Shown: positions 1 through 13,400, numbered from the stretch's first letter. The stretch: DNA of 64,000 nucleotides from Nitrospira sp. (GCA_047150005.1 AP038806.1:3520001-3584000); one strand, 5' to 3'. Numbers and translations are program-made. Notes: generated by a model from the letters alone, not told the origin.

Positions 1-1
1 G

Positions 2-817
2 TGGGAAAAGATGTGCTGGAATTGCGTCTTCAATCCGATCACCGTCCTGATCGACGACAAGGTCGCGCAGGCATTGGATCATCCGGAAATGACGGGTGTG
101 ATTCGCCAAATCGTCGGGGAGGTCGCGGCGGTTTCGGCGGCTGTGAAAGTGCCGCTCCCGTCGGATATGGCGGAGCGGGTCGTGAAATGGACGCAGGAGA
201 TTCGGGACATCCACACCTCGATGTACGATGATTGGAAAGCCGGGCGGCGTACCGAGATTCGGAATCTGAACGGCTACATTGTCGATCAGGGCCGAAAGCT
301 GGGCATCCCCACGCCCGTGAATGAAGCGTTGACCGTCATGATCAAGACCGTCACCGAAAAGGCGAAATGCGGCCCGGAAGTCGTCCGCATCGACGGTGCC
401 GTCGTCCAGCCTGTGTCGCTGGAGCGATCAACCCTGCGTCAGTTGCCGATGGAGCACCAGGTGGAAGACATCGGCACGATCATGCCCGGCATGCGCGGCC
501 GGGCGATTCGAGTCAACGGACTGCTGGAGCTGCCGGCCCTTTCCCTGGAGGCCGATCACGTCACGTTCCATTCTTTCGACGGCAACTATGCTGCGACGCT
601 CACGCTGCCGCAAGCCAAAGAATACGGGTTCATCCTGTACGAGCTCGACGGTGAGCCGCTCCCCGAATCGAAAGGGGGACCGTTTCGTCTGATCGCTCCG
701 GGGCTCGGGGATCTTTGCGCGAACGTCAAGGGATTGGGTCGCATCGAAGTGCGAGCCGGGAAGGGCCGCGATACCCGACCATCCGAACGCTCGCCTCAGT
801 GCGCTCCGCCCCGCTGA
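2..817 (+). CDS. Ketopantoate reductase (PanE/ApbA) C-terminal domain fused to a molybdopterin-oxidoreductase-like domain; 5' end outside window
   Basis: Frame open from window start. ApbA_C motifs (WEKMCWNCVFNP, TSMYDD, RRTEI..LNG, GIPTPVN) are followed by DGEPLP..KGGPFRLIAPG..ANVK, typical of Oxidored_molyb domains. Confidence 0.75.
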   Translation, partial: WEKMCWNCVFNPITVLIDDKVAQALDHPEMTGVIRQIVGEVAAVSAAVKVPLPSDMAERVVKWTQEIRDIHTSMYDDWKAGRRTEIRNLNGYIVDQGRKLGIPTPVNEALTVMIKTVTEKAKCGPEVVRIDGAVVQPVSLERSTLRQLPMEHQVEDIGTIMPGMRGRAIRVNGLLELPALSLEADHVTFHSFDGNYAATLTLPQAKEYGFILYELDGEPLPESKGGPFRLIAPGLGDLCANVKGLGRIEVRAGKGRDTRPSERSPQCAPPR

Positions 818-822
818 CCGGC

Positions 823-2148
823 TCAGCGGATCACGTGAATGGCCTTCCAACGCTCCGATCGGTAACGCCACACCATCAACCCCATCCGCAACGTCCAGTC
901 CGCGATCATGGCCAGCCAGACATAGAGGACCTCGAGCTGCAACCAGAGACCGGTCACGATGGCAAACGGCACCCGGACGGCCCACATGCCGATCGTCGTG
1001 GCGACCATGATGAAGTGGGTGTCGCCGGCCCCGCGTAGAGATCCGGCCAGAACCATGGTCAGGGCCAAGGGTACCTGTAGCAGCGCCACGATCTTCAGAA
1101 ATACTGTTCCCAGCTCAATCACCGCCTCGTCATTCGTGAAGGCACGAAGCAGTACGTAGGGGAAAAAGAAGAAGACGGCCCCCATTATGGCCATGACGAG
1201 GGACGCCAGGCGGTTGGCCTCCCAGTTTTCCAGCTTGGCCCGCGTATACTTTCCCGCACCGATACTCTGGCCGACCATGGTCGCCGCGGCGATTGCAAAC
1301 CCGTAGCCTGGCAGAAAGGACAGGGACTCGATGGACAACCCGACCTGGTGCGCGGCGTAGGCAGCCGTTCCGTAGAGGAGGACGATTTTTGTGTAGACCA
1401 GGATGCCGGTCTGCTGGACAATGCGCTCGCCGGACACCGGAGCACCCACCCGCCACAGCGCATGCAGAAACTCGGGCCGGATGTGAGTCGGCCCGTGCAA
1501 GAGCGGACGGCAACGTATGAGCAAATACGCGATGCCGATGGCCTCGGCACAGCCGACGGCGATCGCCGCGCCGTTGATCCCCATTGTGGGGAAATTCCAT
1601 TGTCCGTATATCAGCGGGTAGGCGATCGCCGCGTGGATGAGGTTCACGCCGATCATGGCATACATCGGGGTCTTCGTGTCACCCGTACCCTGCAGAATCG
1701 CCGACAGCACTTGAAGCAGCACGCTGAACGGGATCACGAGAAACACGAGCGTGGAATACGGAAGCGCGAGACGGATGACGTCCGGTTCGACACCCAGCAA
1801 TCCCATCGCACGTCCGTTGAGGAGCAGGCCGGAGCCTGTCAGCAGCAGCGAGACGGCGACCGACAACCAGAGAAAATGGCGAGCGGCCTGCCCGACATCG
1901 CGGCGCCGGCGCGCTCCCCACATCTGTGCGATGATGACGTTCGTCCCGACCGAAATTCCGGACACCAGCGTCGTGGCGATAAAGGCCAGCAATTGACCTA
2001 ATCCGACCGCCGCGATGGATTCGGCGCCGAGTCCACCCACGAGAAACACGGCGACGATGCCTTCCGTCCTCTGCAACAGACTGCTGACCGTCACGGGAAG
2101 CGCCAAGGTCAGCACGGAGCGTCGGATCTGGGTGACACCGTCGGCCAT
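823..2148 (-). CDS. MATE family efflux transporter
   Basis: 441 aa, about 12 TM segments, two internal repeats (QGTGDTKTPM / RGAGDTHFIM; GINGAAIA; VGQSIGAG). Confidence 0.9.
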   Translation of the reverse strand: MADGVTQIRRSVLTLALPVTVSSLLQRTEGIVAVFLVGGLGAESIAAVGLGQLLAFIATTLVSGISVGTNVIIAQMWGARRRRDVGQAARHFLWLSVAVSLLLTGSGLLLNGRAMGLLGVEPDVIRLALPYSTLVFLVIPFSVLLQVLSAILQGTGDTKTPMYAMIGVNLIHAAIAYPLIYGQWNFPTMGINGAAIAVGCAEAIGIAYLLIRCRPLLHGPTHIRPEFLHALWRVGAPVSGERIVQQTGILVYTKIVLLYGTAAYAAHQVGLSIESLSFLPGYGFAIAAATMVGQSIGAGKYTRAKLENWEANRLASLVMAIMGAVFFFFPYVLLRAFTNDEAVIELGTVFLKIVALLQVPLALTMVLAGSLRGAGDTHFIMVATTIGMWAVRVPFAIVTGLWLQLEVLYVWLAMIADWTLRMGLMVWRYRSERWKAIHVIR

Positions 2149-2208
2149 GGGGCGTTATCCTAACAGACTACCGAGCCGGACAGTCAGCGTCTTCCTTCGG
2201 GCGATACG

Positions 2209-3774
2209 ATGAACAGAATGGAGGGGCGGACCGATTCATCGGAGCCCGCGGCACCGCCGCGGCTCTCGAAGTCCAAGTTCCTGGCCGGTCTTCAATGCCT
2301 CAAGCGGCTCTATCTGGAAATTCACCGGCCCTACCTCGCGACCCCTCCGGACAGTGCCACGCAGGCCTTACTGGACATGGGGCAGGAGATCGGTCTTGTG
2401 GCGCAACGTCGATTCCCCGGCGGTGTGCTCGTTGCCGCGGGTGTCCGCCAACGTGAGGCAGCCTTGGCACGGACAGCGGCTTTGCTCGAAGATCCGAGCG
2501 TGCCGGCGATTTTCGAGGCGGCGTTTGAATGCGACGGCGTGTTTGTGCGCATCGATATTCTGGAGCGGAAGCCCGGTGATGAAGCCGGTGCGCCGGGCTG
2601 GCGCCTGATCGAAGTGAAATCATCGACGAAGGTCAAGGACCTCCATCTCTCCGATCTGGCCATTCAAAGTTACGTGCTCCAGCAGGCGGGTATCCGGCTT
2701 GTCGGAACCTGTCTGATGCACATCAATACCGGGTATCGCTATCGAGGAGGGGATCTCGATCTGGGGCACCTCTTCGCAATCGAGGACGTGTCGGAAGCCG
2801 TCACGAGACGACGAGCCGAGGTTTCGGGCCTGCTGGCCGTCATGAAGGAGCGACTGAGCGCTCTCGATCCGCCGGTCGTCGAACCGGACCACCATTGCCT
2901 CAGTCCCTACGAATGCCCGTTCTGGGCGCACTGCACGAAAGACAAACCGGACCGATGGATCTATCGTCTGTCGGGACCCAAGGTTGCAGTCGGCGGGCTG
3001 GCTCAACAAGGCATCATCACGATCGACGAGATTCCGGCGGAAGCACCCCTGTCTCTGATCCAACGCCGGATAAAAGACAACGTCGAGTGGATTTCGCCGA
3101 AACTCAAGGCCGCGCTCGAATCGATTCGCTACCCGGTTCATCACGTGGATTTTGAGACGATCATGCCGGCCGTTCCTCGGTTTTCGCTCACGAGACCGTA
3201 CCAGGCCATCCCAATGCAATGGTCGAATCACGTCGAGTACGGATCCAGTGCAGCCGTGCATCACGAGTTTCTTCATGATCAGCCGACCGAGCCCAGACGA
3301 CGTTGGGCGGAGTCGTTGCTCGAGTCTTTGGGGGAACAGGGGACCATCTGTGTCTATTCGGCATACGAACAGGCGGTGGTCAAGCAATTGATGGAGGACT
3401 TTCCGGAGTTTCGATCCGCCTTCCGGGGAGTGCTCAAGCGTCTCTGGGACCTGCAGGCAGTGATCCGAGCCCACTATTATCATCCGGATTTTGGGGGCTC
3501 GTATTCGCTCAAGTCGGTGCTGCCGGCCATGGTGCCGTCCATCGGCTACGACGACCTGTTGATTCGGGATGGGGGACAAGCCGCGGCCGCTTACTATCAT
3601 ATGGTCTTTGTCGAGACTGATTGGATCGAGCAGGCGGCGACCAGGGATGCGCTGACGCGGTATTGCGCGCGTGATACCTGGGCCTTGGTCCAAGTGCGAA
3701 AGGCCCTGAAACAGAAAGCGTCGTTTCCGGTCGAGCGCCGCTCTATCGGAGATCTGCGCGCAGAGCGCCCATGA
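2209..3774 (+). CDS. DUF2779-type protein (PD-(D/E)XK nuclease-like N-terminus, Cys cluster, RNase H-like C-terminus)
   Basis: LSKSKF..GLQC, RIDIL..LIEVKSST, CLSPYECPFWAHC, HVDFET, GSYSLKSVLP, YCARDT. Confidence 0.75.
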   Translation: MNRMEGRTDSSEPAAPPRLSKSKFLAGLQCLKRLYLEIHRPYLATPPDSATQALLDMGQEIGLVAQRRFPGGVLVAAGVRQREAALARTAALLEDPSVPAIFEAAFECDGVFVRIDILERKPGDEAGAPGWRLIEVKSSTKVKDLHLSDLAIQSYVLQQAGIRLVGTCLMHINTGYRYRGGDLDLGHLFAIEDVSEAVTRRRAEVSGLLAVMKERLSALDPPVVEPDHHCLSPYECPFWAHCTKDKPDRWIYRLSGPKVAVGGLAQQGIITIDEIPAEAPLSLIQRRIKDNVEWISPKLKAALESIRYPVHHVDFETIMPAVPRFSLTRPYQAIPMQWSNHVEYGSSAAVHHEFLHDQPTEPRRRWAESLLESLGEQGTICVYSAYEQAVVKQLMEDFPEFRSAFRGVLKRLWDLQAVIRAHYYHPDFGGSYSLKSVLPAMVPSIGYDDLLIRDGGQAAAAYYHMVFVETDWIEQAATRDALTRYCARDTWALVQVRKALKQKASFPVERRSIGDLRAERP

Positions 3775-4044
3775 TCTCCTGGTGATCCTCGACGTTCTGG
3801 GTTCCAGAGGCCGAACTGTCGTTGATCAACAAAAACACCCACAGCACGGTCTTGTGGCGCAACGGCAGCGCAAAGCATTTCAAGACGATCGGTTTCTGCT
3901 GCGGGCCTTAACCGGAAATCCTCACATTGGCAACTGAGGCATTCTGAAGATTCCGAGAACGGTGCTGATCAAGGCGTCGTGAGAAGTCTGCGGCGATCCG
4001 ACGAACGAATCGCCCATGTTGTGTAGTATGGTGTTGTGCCTATT

Positions 4045-4134
<90 letters not shown>

Positions 4135-4197
4135 GTTCACTGGTGAGACTCACTTCCGGCAGGACCGCTAGGCCTCCGTTTAATTAGCAGCAAGGGG

Positions 4198-4226
4198 AGC
4201 TTACCGTGCAAGGCGTCATTTTTCAA
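4198..4226 (-). promoter_or_regulatory. Sigma70-like promoter for tRNA-Ser
   Basis: TTGAAA-N17-TAAGCT on the minus strand about 65 nt upstream of the tRNA. Confidence 0.6.
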
Positions 4227-4491
4227 TCGGTTTTCCTGCAGGGTGCAAACAATCCCAATGGCCGAGATTAGGTTTTGTGCTTTGGGTTTACCCATTTATG
4301 TACTATCTTGTGTACTGCCCACGGCTTTCGAACCTCTAGCTGGGCGGTAATACTCACAAGGCGTTCGGAGAGACTACTGAGGCAGTTCGTCGATACTCGC
4401 CTGATCAGTCCGACGCCGTGCGAGGCGATATGATCCGAGTACGACATAATAATATGCGCGGACATCTCACCCGCGCCGGATCGCTTGCCGC

Positions 4492-7400
4492 ATGTTGATG
4501 CAGGTGCCGAGCTCGATTCTCCGGCTGGACGAACTCTTCTTGTGGCGCTGTGGCCGCGATCCGCAGGGGACGGCGTATGCCTATGTTCGCGATGATCTTG
4601 AACTCGGCGAACACTATACCTATGAGCAGCTCGCCGGACAGGTCGGCCGACTCGCCATGCAGCTTCGCCGACACGCGGAGCCCGGTGCAAGAGCGCTTCT
4701 GCTGTTTTCCCCCGGACTCGACGTGGTCTGTGCGTTCTGGGCATCAATTCTAGCCGGCCTGGTTCCGGTTCCTGCACCGCCGCCCGATCCGCTCAGGTCA
4801 AAGAACAGCCTTCCCGGATTGCTGGCCATTCTCGAGGATGCGTCCGTCTCGCTCATCTTGACCACGTCGGGGGTCGAGGCCACACTCGCACATTTGTCCG
4901 CCGAAATCGGCGTCGCCCTCCCGCCTTCGATCACCCTCGACCAACTTCAAGGGCCGCTGTCATCGGAACAGCAGGATCAGACCCCGCACGCGGAACAGGG
5001 ATCTTCAATCGTCTATCTGCAATACACCTCAGGATCGACGACCAGACCGCGCGGGGTGATGATTTCCCATGGCAACGTGCTGGCGCAATGCCACGGGTTG
5101 ACCGTGTCGATGTCGGTCGGAGCAGGAAGCCGATCGCTCTGCTGGTTGCCGTATTTTCACGACTACGGACTTGTGCACGGGATCATCGGGCCGTTCTATG
5201 CCGGTATACCGGCGTTTCTGATGTCTCCGGTGACCTTTATCCGTCGGCCGCTTCGATGGCTCGAGGCCGTCGGCCGTTGGAAGATTTCCCACAGCGGCGC
5301 CCCCAATTTTGCCTATGAAGCTTGCGTCCAAGCAGCGACCAAACGGCCTGATTGGACTGCCGAACTGGGCGGCTGGGCCGTAGCCAGCTGCGGTGCGGAA
5401 CCGATCCGTTCTTCCACGATCGAGCAGTTCTGCGAGGTTTTCGCGCCGCACGGCTTCAAACAGACGGCGCTGATGCCGGCCTATGGTTTGGCTGAAGCGA
5501 CACTGGTCGTGACGAGCGCTCACGTTGACGAGGCTCCGCTGCTCTTGTCGGTCGCGGCCGACAAGCTGGAACTCAACCGTGTGGAACCGAAGGCCGGTCA
5601 TGGAGACGGCATTCGCACGCTGGTCGGCTGTGGGCGGCCGCTTCCGGACGTGCAGATCCGGATCGTGAATCCGACGACCTTGGTCGACTGTCCGCCGGGC
5701 GAAGTGGGTGAAGTGTGGGTATCGGGACCCAACGTCTCGGAGGGCTACTGGAACAGAACGGAACTCAACGATGAGACCTTCGTCTCGGCGGGACAGGATC
5801 GATACCTCCGCACGGGGGATCTCGGCTTTCAGCATGCCGGCCAGCTTTTCGTCGCAGGGAGGCTCAAGGACCTCATCATCCTGAACGGTCGAAACCTCTA
5901 TCCGCAGGATTTGGAACTGGCGGTGGAGGGATGTCATGTCGGGCTGCGGCGCGGCGGTTGTGCGGCCTTTACGATCGAAGCAGAGCGGGCTGAACAGCTG
6001 ATGATCGTACAGGAACTCGAGCGTGTTCGGGATCTCGATATCGATGCAGTCGCTATTTCCATCCGGACCGCGATCGCCGAATTCTGCGGCGCTCCGGTTC
6101 ATGCCGTCGTCTTCGTCCGTTCTGGCGCCATTCCAAGAACCTCGAGTGGAAAAATCCAGCGCCGCGCCTGTCGAGCCGCCTACCTGACCCGGACACTTGC
6201 GATCGTGGCCTCGCATACGGCGACGGATTTGTCTGATCCTGCTTCAGAAGGGGAAGCGCGACCGCCAGCGCTTGCGGAGGACGACCGCGAAGCGGCTTTG
6301 ATCCACGCATTCGCAGATTGTGCCGGCATCGCTCCCGATCAAGTCCGGATGGACAGGCCGATGGTCGGCTACGGACTCGACTCCCTCAAAGTCACACTGT
6401 TCAAGCACCGGCTCGAGTCGGACTTCGGCATTGATGTGACATTCGGTCAACTCTTCGGACAATGCACGCTCAGGGACCTCGCCCGGATGGACAACGCGCG
6501 GGTATCGTCCTCCCGTCAACCGCCGAACGAAGCCGACTCCCAACTGCCTGCTCTCCGGCCTTGCAACCTCTCGCCGGGCCAGCGGAGGCTGTGGTTCATC
6601 GAGCAGGTGCATCCGGGAGGGGCGCTCAATCACATCGTGCTTGCGATGCGACTCTGCGGTCTGCTTGATCGCGGCCGGCTTCAGGACAGCCTGACGGAAC
6701 TCGTCCGTCGTCACCGGCTGCTGCGGGCCGGGTACTCCGTGGTGGCTGATGAGGTCCAGGAACAAGTCATGACAGCGGTGGATGTCCGGATGCGCCACTT
6801 CTCCTTGGCGGACCTTCCGACAAGGAGCACGGATGACGAAGTTCGAAGATGGATCAAGGAAGAGACGCTCGTTCCGTTCGATCTGCGCACGCCTCCTCTC
6901 CTGCGGGCTCTGCTTCTGGATCGGGGACCGGATGAACACATATTGGTGCTCACCGTCCATCGACTCATCGCCGACGGATGGTCGTTGCGCGTGCTCATGA
7001 GGGAATTGGCGGCGATCTACAATGCGGACGGCGAGGCCCGTGGGCTTCCGCTCCCGTCGGAGCAAGGATACCGGGACTATGTCGAGACCCAGCGAGAGGG
7101 GACTTCACCGGAAGGGGCCTCGCAATTGAATTATTGGAAACGCCTCCTCGCTCACTACCCCTCCGCGCTTCAGATCCCTACGGATCGGATTCGGCCGCGG
7201 GTACGGCGATACCTCGGCGGCGCCCGATACCGCACGCCCGGCAAGTCGATACTTGAGGAGATCGAACCGTTCTGCCGACGGGAAGGGGTCACAAAGTTCA
7301 TGCTGCTCTATGCAGCATTTGCGGTTTGGCTCCAGCGGTGCGCAAGAGCTGACGACATCGCCGTGGGATCGGTCGTGGCGAATCGACGGCTGTCCGGGTG

Positions 7401-10400
7401 GGAACAGGCGATCGGATATTTCGCCAATACCGTCGTGTTGCGCCTGAATCTGGCCGACGTCGGCACCGTGCGCGATCTCTTGAGCCGCTCACGAAGCGTC
7501 GTGGCCGGAGCGTACGACCATCAAGACGTGCCGTTCGAGCGGGTTGTGGAAACACTGAATGCCCAAGGAGACGGATCTCCGGCCGTTCCCTTCAACGTCA
7601 TGATCGTCTGGGAAGACGATCCTTTGGCCGACCTGGCATTCCGTGATATTCGAGCCAGCCACCTGCCCGTCGAGGATGTCGCAGTCGAGTTCGACCTGAC
7701 CCTGCTCGTCTTGAACCGGCGGGAGGGGCTCGAACTCGTCATGTTGTACGACAAGGAGATTTTCGACGGCTCGACAATCGATCGGATGCTCGACCAGATC
7801 CTGGTGCTGGCGCAGACGATGGTCGCTCATCCGGCGATGCTCCTCGCTGACTTGCCGTTGATGGATGAAGCGGGACGCCGGCTGGTGTTGGAAGACTGGA
7901 ACGCCACAGGCGCCGAGCTTGCCTGCGAGGACACGATTCCGGACCTGCTGGCGCGCCAGGTCGAGGCGTCGCCCGACCACCCGGCCGTCGTGTGCGGAGA
8001 GACCCGCCTCTCCTATCGTGATTTGGACGTCCAATCTACGGCGCTGGCTCGGGTTATTTGCGGGGTGACGAAGGGAAACCCTGTGCGCGTGGGACTGTGT
8101 GTGGAGCGTTCCGTATACAGCCTTGTGGGACTCTTCAGTATCCTGAAAGCCGGCGCCGCGTATGTTCCGGTGGATCCCGGTGCTCCGGAACAGCGTCAAC
8201 GTCTGATCTTTGAAGACGCCGGGGTCAGCCTCGTGATCACGCAGCGGCATCTGCGGATGCAACTTCCCTTTGCCGATGACAAGGTCATCGAATTGGAGGG
8301 GCTGCAGGAGCCCGGCGCATCGACGAGGCCGACCGGGCCGTTGTCGCCCATACGGCCGGATCAGCTGGCCTACATCATTTATACCTCCGGTTCGACCGGT
8401 CGTCCCAAAGGGGTCGAGGTCACGCATCGCGCTCTGCAGCATTCCCTTGCGGCACGACTGCACTACTATGGAGCGGGGGCGGAACGATGCCTGTTGACCT
8501 TTCCTCTGGCGTTCGACGGATCAATGACGAGCATCTTCTGGTCCACGTTGTACGGCGGGACCTTGATCGTTCCCCCGGAAGACAGTGCGCGTGACGCCGA
8601 TCAGCTGGTGGCACTGATCGCGAGGCATGCGGTCACGCACATGGTGCTCATACCTTCGCTGTATGAAGTGATGTTGCGCCAGGGGTCGCCGTCGCTGTTG
8701 CAGACGTTGCGGGTCGTGGTCACAGCGGGGGAGAGTTTGCTTCCGGACGTAGTGCACCGTCACTACGAGCGTCTCCCGAACGTGTCGCTCTATAACGAAT
8801 ACGGCCCCACGGAGGCGACGGTGTGGACGACCGTGTACCAGACGAACGGCACGGAACAAGGCGTGCGGGTACCCATTGGAAGACCCATCGCCAATGCGAC
8901 GATCTACCTGCTGAATCCTTCCTTGCAACCCGTTCCGGTCGGCGTCGTCGGTGAACTGTATCTCGGAGGATCCGGCCTTGCCCGCGGATACCACAACCAG
9001 CCGGAGTTGACTCGGGAGAGGTTCGTAGACAATCCCTTCCGGCCCGGGACGCGTCTGTACAGGACCGGTGATCTCGGCCTCTTCCGGCAGGACGGCAACA
9101 TCGAATTCATCGGCCGGGAGGACGAGCAGGTCAAGCTTCGCGGGTATCGGATCGAATTGGGTGAGGTCGAGGCCAATCTGCGAACGCTGCCCGGTATCCA
9201 TGATGCCGTCGCGGTCGTGCAGGCGGCACCGGCGGCGGGGCCGATGCTGGTTGCGTTCGTGACCACTGATCACAAACCGGCTCCGGCGAGTTCCTATCTC
9301 CTGGGTCTCCTCCGGCGGAAGGTGCCCTCCTACATGGTACCGGCGGCGATCGTGGTGCTGGATGCGCTGCCATTGCTTCCCAGCGGAAAGGTCGACCGTA
9401 CCGCGCTACGACAGCGGATCGAGGCGACGCAGCCGACCGGCGCATCGCCGGCTCGGCCCCGCGATCAGATCGAACAAAGCCTCATTGAACTCTGGTCCGA
9501 GATCCTCGGCCGATCCGGTCAGGATGTTCACGAGAGTTTTTTCACCCTCGGCGGTCACTCGCTGCTGGCGAGCCAGGTGGTGTCCCGTGTTCGAGAGGTC
9601 TTCCGCGTGGAGCTTCCCATCAGGTCGCTGTTCGACGATCCCACCATCGCGGGTTTGGCCGACCGGATCAGAGCCGAGCAGAGCCGGGTCAACGCTCGAC
9701 CGCCGTTGCCGCCCATCATTCCGGTTTCACGGGCGAAACCGCTTCCGCTGTCCTATTCCCAACAACGGATGTGGTTTATTCAGCAGCTCGCGCCTGAAGC
9801 CACCGCCTACAATCTGCTGTTCGTCTCGCGGCAAAAAGGTTTGCTCAAGGTTCCGATATTGCGTCAGGTGGTCGATCTATTGTCCCGCCGCCATGAAGCG
9901 TTCCGAACCACGTTTGCCATGACCGCTGCCGGGCCGGTGCAGCGAATCGCTCCCTGGCAGTCTCCCCACCTGGTGGAAATCGACCTGCGTCGATTGTCGA
10001 AGGAGTTGCGCGAGCAGGAGGCGCGTCGAATCGCTCAGGAAGAGGGAAGACGCCCGTTCGACTTGGAGCGAGGACCGCTTGCCCGCATATCGGTGGCGAA
10101 GCTCGATCAGGACGACCATATCCTGATTCTCAATCTGCATCACATCGTCGGTGACCAATGGTCGTTCGGAATTCTCGGGCGGGACTTCGCCTCCTTCTAC
10201 AACGCGCTGAGCCAGGATCTCCCGCTGCCCGAAATGCCGCTGGCCGTGCAGTACGCGGACTATGCAGTGTGGCAACGCCGTTGTCTGACGGACGAGGTCC
10301 TCAAAGACCAGGAAGACTATTGGAAGCAGGCGCTGGCAGACCTGCCCACCGTCAATCTACCGACGGACTATCCGCGGCCGTCGATGCAGACGTTCCGCGG

Positions 10401-13400
10401 CGCCTATTGCTCGATAGACATTCCCGATTCGACGATCGAGACGCTTAAGAAGTTCGGCGCGCGAAACAGGGTCACGTCCTTTATGACCATGCTGGCCTGC
10501 TTCCAGCTGCTCTTGAGCCGCTATTCGGGCCAGACGGACATCGCGATCGGCTCGCCGATCGCGAACCGGACTCAAATGGCGATGGAGCAGTTGATCGGCA
10601 CCTTCGTCAACACGCTGGTCATCAGATTGGACCAGAGCGGTAATCCGCCGTTTGTCGAACTGGTCGAACGAGTCAAGGAGGCCTCGCTCGGCGCATTTAC
10701 CAACCAGGACTATCCGTTCGACCGCTTGGTCGATACGTTGCAAACGGCGCGGGATCCCAGCATGGCCCCGCTGATCCAGGTGTTGTTCAACATGGTGAAC
10801 GCGCCGATCGGGGACATCCAGCTCTACGGCCTCAAGTGGGAGCCGTTCGAAGTCGATCCGGGATCCGCCCAGTTCGACCTGAGTTTGACCGTCGAGCTCG
10901 AGGTGGCCAAGAAGGCGTACCTCACGTTCAATACCGACCTGTTCAAGCGGGAGACGGCGGTGCGTCTGCTGCGGCACTTCCTGACTCTCTTGCATGACGC
11001 CGTCGAGCGTCCGGACGCACACATTTCCGAGCTGTCCATGCTCGGCAAGCCCGAGCGGACGCAGTTGCTCATGGAGTGGAACAGAACGGCTGCTCCATAC
11101 CCTCATACACAGTGTTTACCCGAGATCTTCGAAGCGCAGGTCCAACGAACTCCTGATGCCGTCGCGGTGTCGATGGACGGCACCGGCCTGTCCTACCACG
11201 ATCTGAACGTCACGGCGAACCGGCTGGCCAGACAGTTGGTCCGTGCCGGAGTGCAACCCAAGACCATCGTCGGATTATGCCTGGATCGTTCCGTCGAGAT
11301 GGTGGCGGGTCTTCTGGCCATCATGAAGGCGGGCGGGTGTTACGTGCCCTTGGATCCGGACTATCCACGCGACAGGCTCCGGTTCATGATCGAGGATTCA
11401 AGCGCGCCGGTCGTCCTGACGACATCCGCACTCGCCGAACGATTTGTGGGTCAGCGCTGTCGCCCGATCTGTCTCGATAGGGAAGCCGCTGCCGTCCGAC
11501 ATGAGGCGGACGACAACCTGGCTCCCATGGCGACGGCTCAGGACTTGGCCTACGTGCTGTATACGTCCGGGTCCACTGGTCACCCCAAGGGCGTGCAGAT
11601 TCGACACGGCTCGTTGATGAATTTCCTGTGGGCGATGAAACGCCAACCCGGGTGTACCGCCGGCGATGTCATGCTGTCTGTCACGACTCTGTCGTTCGAT
11701 ATCGCGGCGCTCGAGCTCTATTTGCCGCTGTTGGTGGGAGGACGGGTTGAACTCGTGAGCCGGGCCGTGGCCATGGACGGCTGGCGCCTGATGCGGGCGC
11801 TCGAAACGGTTCAACCAACGATCATGCAGGCGACTCCCGCCACGTGGCGTCTCTTGCTCGAATCCGGTTGGTCCGGAAGTTCCGCTTTGACTGCACTCTG
11901 CGGAGGCGAGGCGCTTCCTCCCGATCTGGCGTCCCAGCTTCTCAAGCGAACCAAGGCATTGTGGAACATGTACGGTCCGACCGAAACCACCGTGTGGTCG
12001 ACGATGGAGCGGGTGACGCCGGACGAGGCCGAGATTACGATCGGCCGGCCGATCGCCAACACGGAAGTCTATGTGCTGGATGCGCGCCTGCATCCGGTGC
12101 CGATCGGTGTACCGGGAGAACTGTTCATTGGGGGAGCGGGGCTGGCACAGGGCTATCACCGACGACCCGATCTGACCCGAGACCGATTCATTCCGCATCC
12201 GTTTTCGAGCGACCCCGAAGCCAGGATGTATCGCACCGGCGATCTGGCTCGATACCGCGAAGACGGCAAACTGATCCACATGGGACGGTTGGATACCCAG
12301 GTCAAGGTCCGCGGCTTCCGGATCGAACTGGAGGAAATCCAATCGGTGTTGAGCCGCCATCCGAAGATCCGGCAGACAGTCATCACCACCCGGGCCGATC
12401 AGCACGGTCTTAACCAGCTTGCCGCTTATGTTGTGGCGGCGGACGGAGCCGTACCGGCTGCCGATGAACTGCGGGCCTATGCGCGGGCCTTCATGCCGGA
12501 ATACATGGTTCCGTCATATTTTGTCATGGTGGACAGGCTGCCGCTCACAGCCAACAACAAAATCGACGTCCGGGCATTGCCCGCACCCGAGACTTCCAGG
12601 GGTGCCGAAGGGGTCGCCCGCGTCGCTCCAAGAAACGGCATGGAACTGCAATTGACCGCCCTCTGGCAGCAGGTGCTGGGCGTGCAAGAGATCGGCATCC
12701 ACGACAACTTTTTCGATTTAGGCGGCCATTCGTTCAAGGCGGCTCAGCTGTTCTTCCAGCTGGAGGCCGTGTTCGGCAAGCAGTTGCCGCTCGCCACGCT
12801 GTTTCAAGCGCCGACCATCGCGGATCTCGCGGCGGTTCTCACTCAGGCTAATTGGACGCCTCCGTGGCAATCGTTGGTGGCCATTCAAGCCGATGGCGAC
12901 TCAACGCCGCTGTTCATGGTGCCCGGCGTCGGAGGAAACGTGCTGGTCTTTGCCAAGTTGGCCAAACTGTTGGGAGCCAATCAGCCGATTTATGGTCTTC
13001 AGGCGCGCGGCTTGGACGGCAAGGAAGCCCCATTCACCTCCGTGCCGGATATGGCGGCCCATTATGTCCAGGCGATCAAACAGATCCACCAGCAGGGACC
13101 GTTCCTGATCGCCGGGGTGTGTACGGGAGGGCTGATCGCCTATGAGATGGCTCGGCAGCTACGGGCAGAGAAAAAGGAGACCACGATCTTCATGCTCGAT
13201 ACCTGGCATCCCGACTCTTATACGAGCTATCGGCGACGGTTGGTCAATCCTGTTTTCATGGGCGCCGTCGTTCTGGGAAAGATCTGCTCGGACATCCGGG
13301 CGATCGTGCACCTTCCTCTTCGGGAATGGTGGCCCACCATGAGGCGAAAGGGACAGGTTTTGAAGGGCCTGATCGATCAATCCGTCACGGAGCACATTAT

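Noticed and set aside
2209..3774. DUF2779 protein as cas4 of a CRISPR system
   Set aside because: No array or other cas genes in the window.
4267..4330. AT-rich TGTACT repeats between the tRNA and the NRPS as an att or regulator site
   Set aside because: Only two short copies and no associated recombinase or recognisable consensus.
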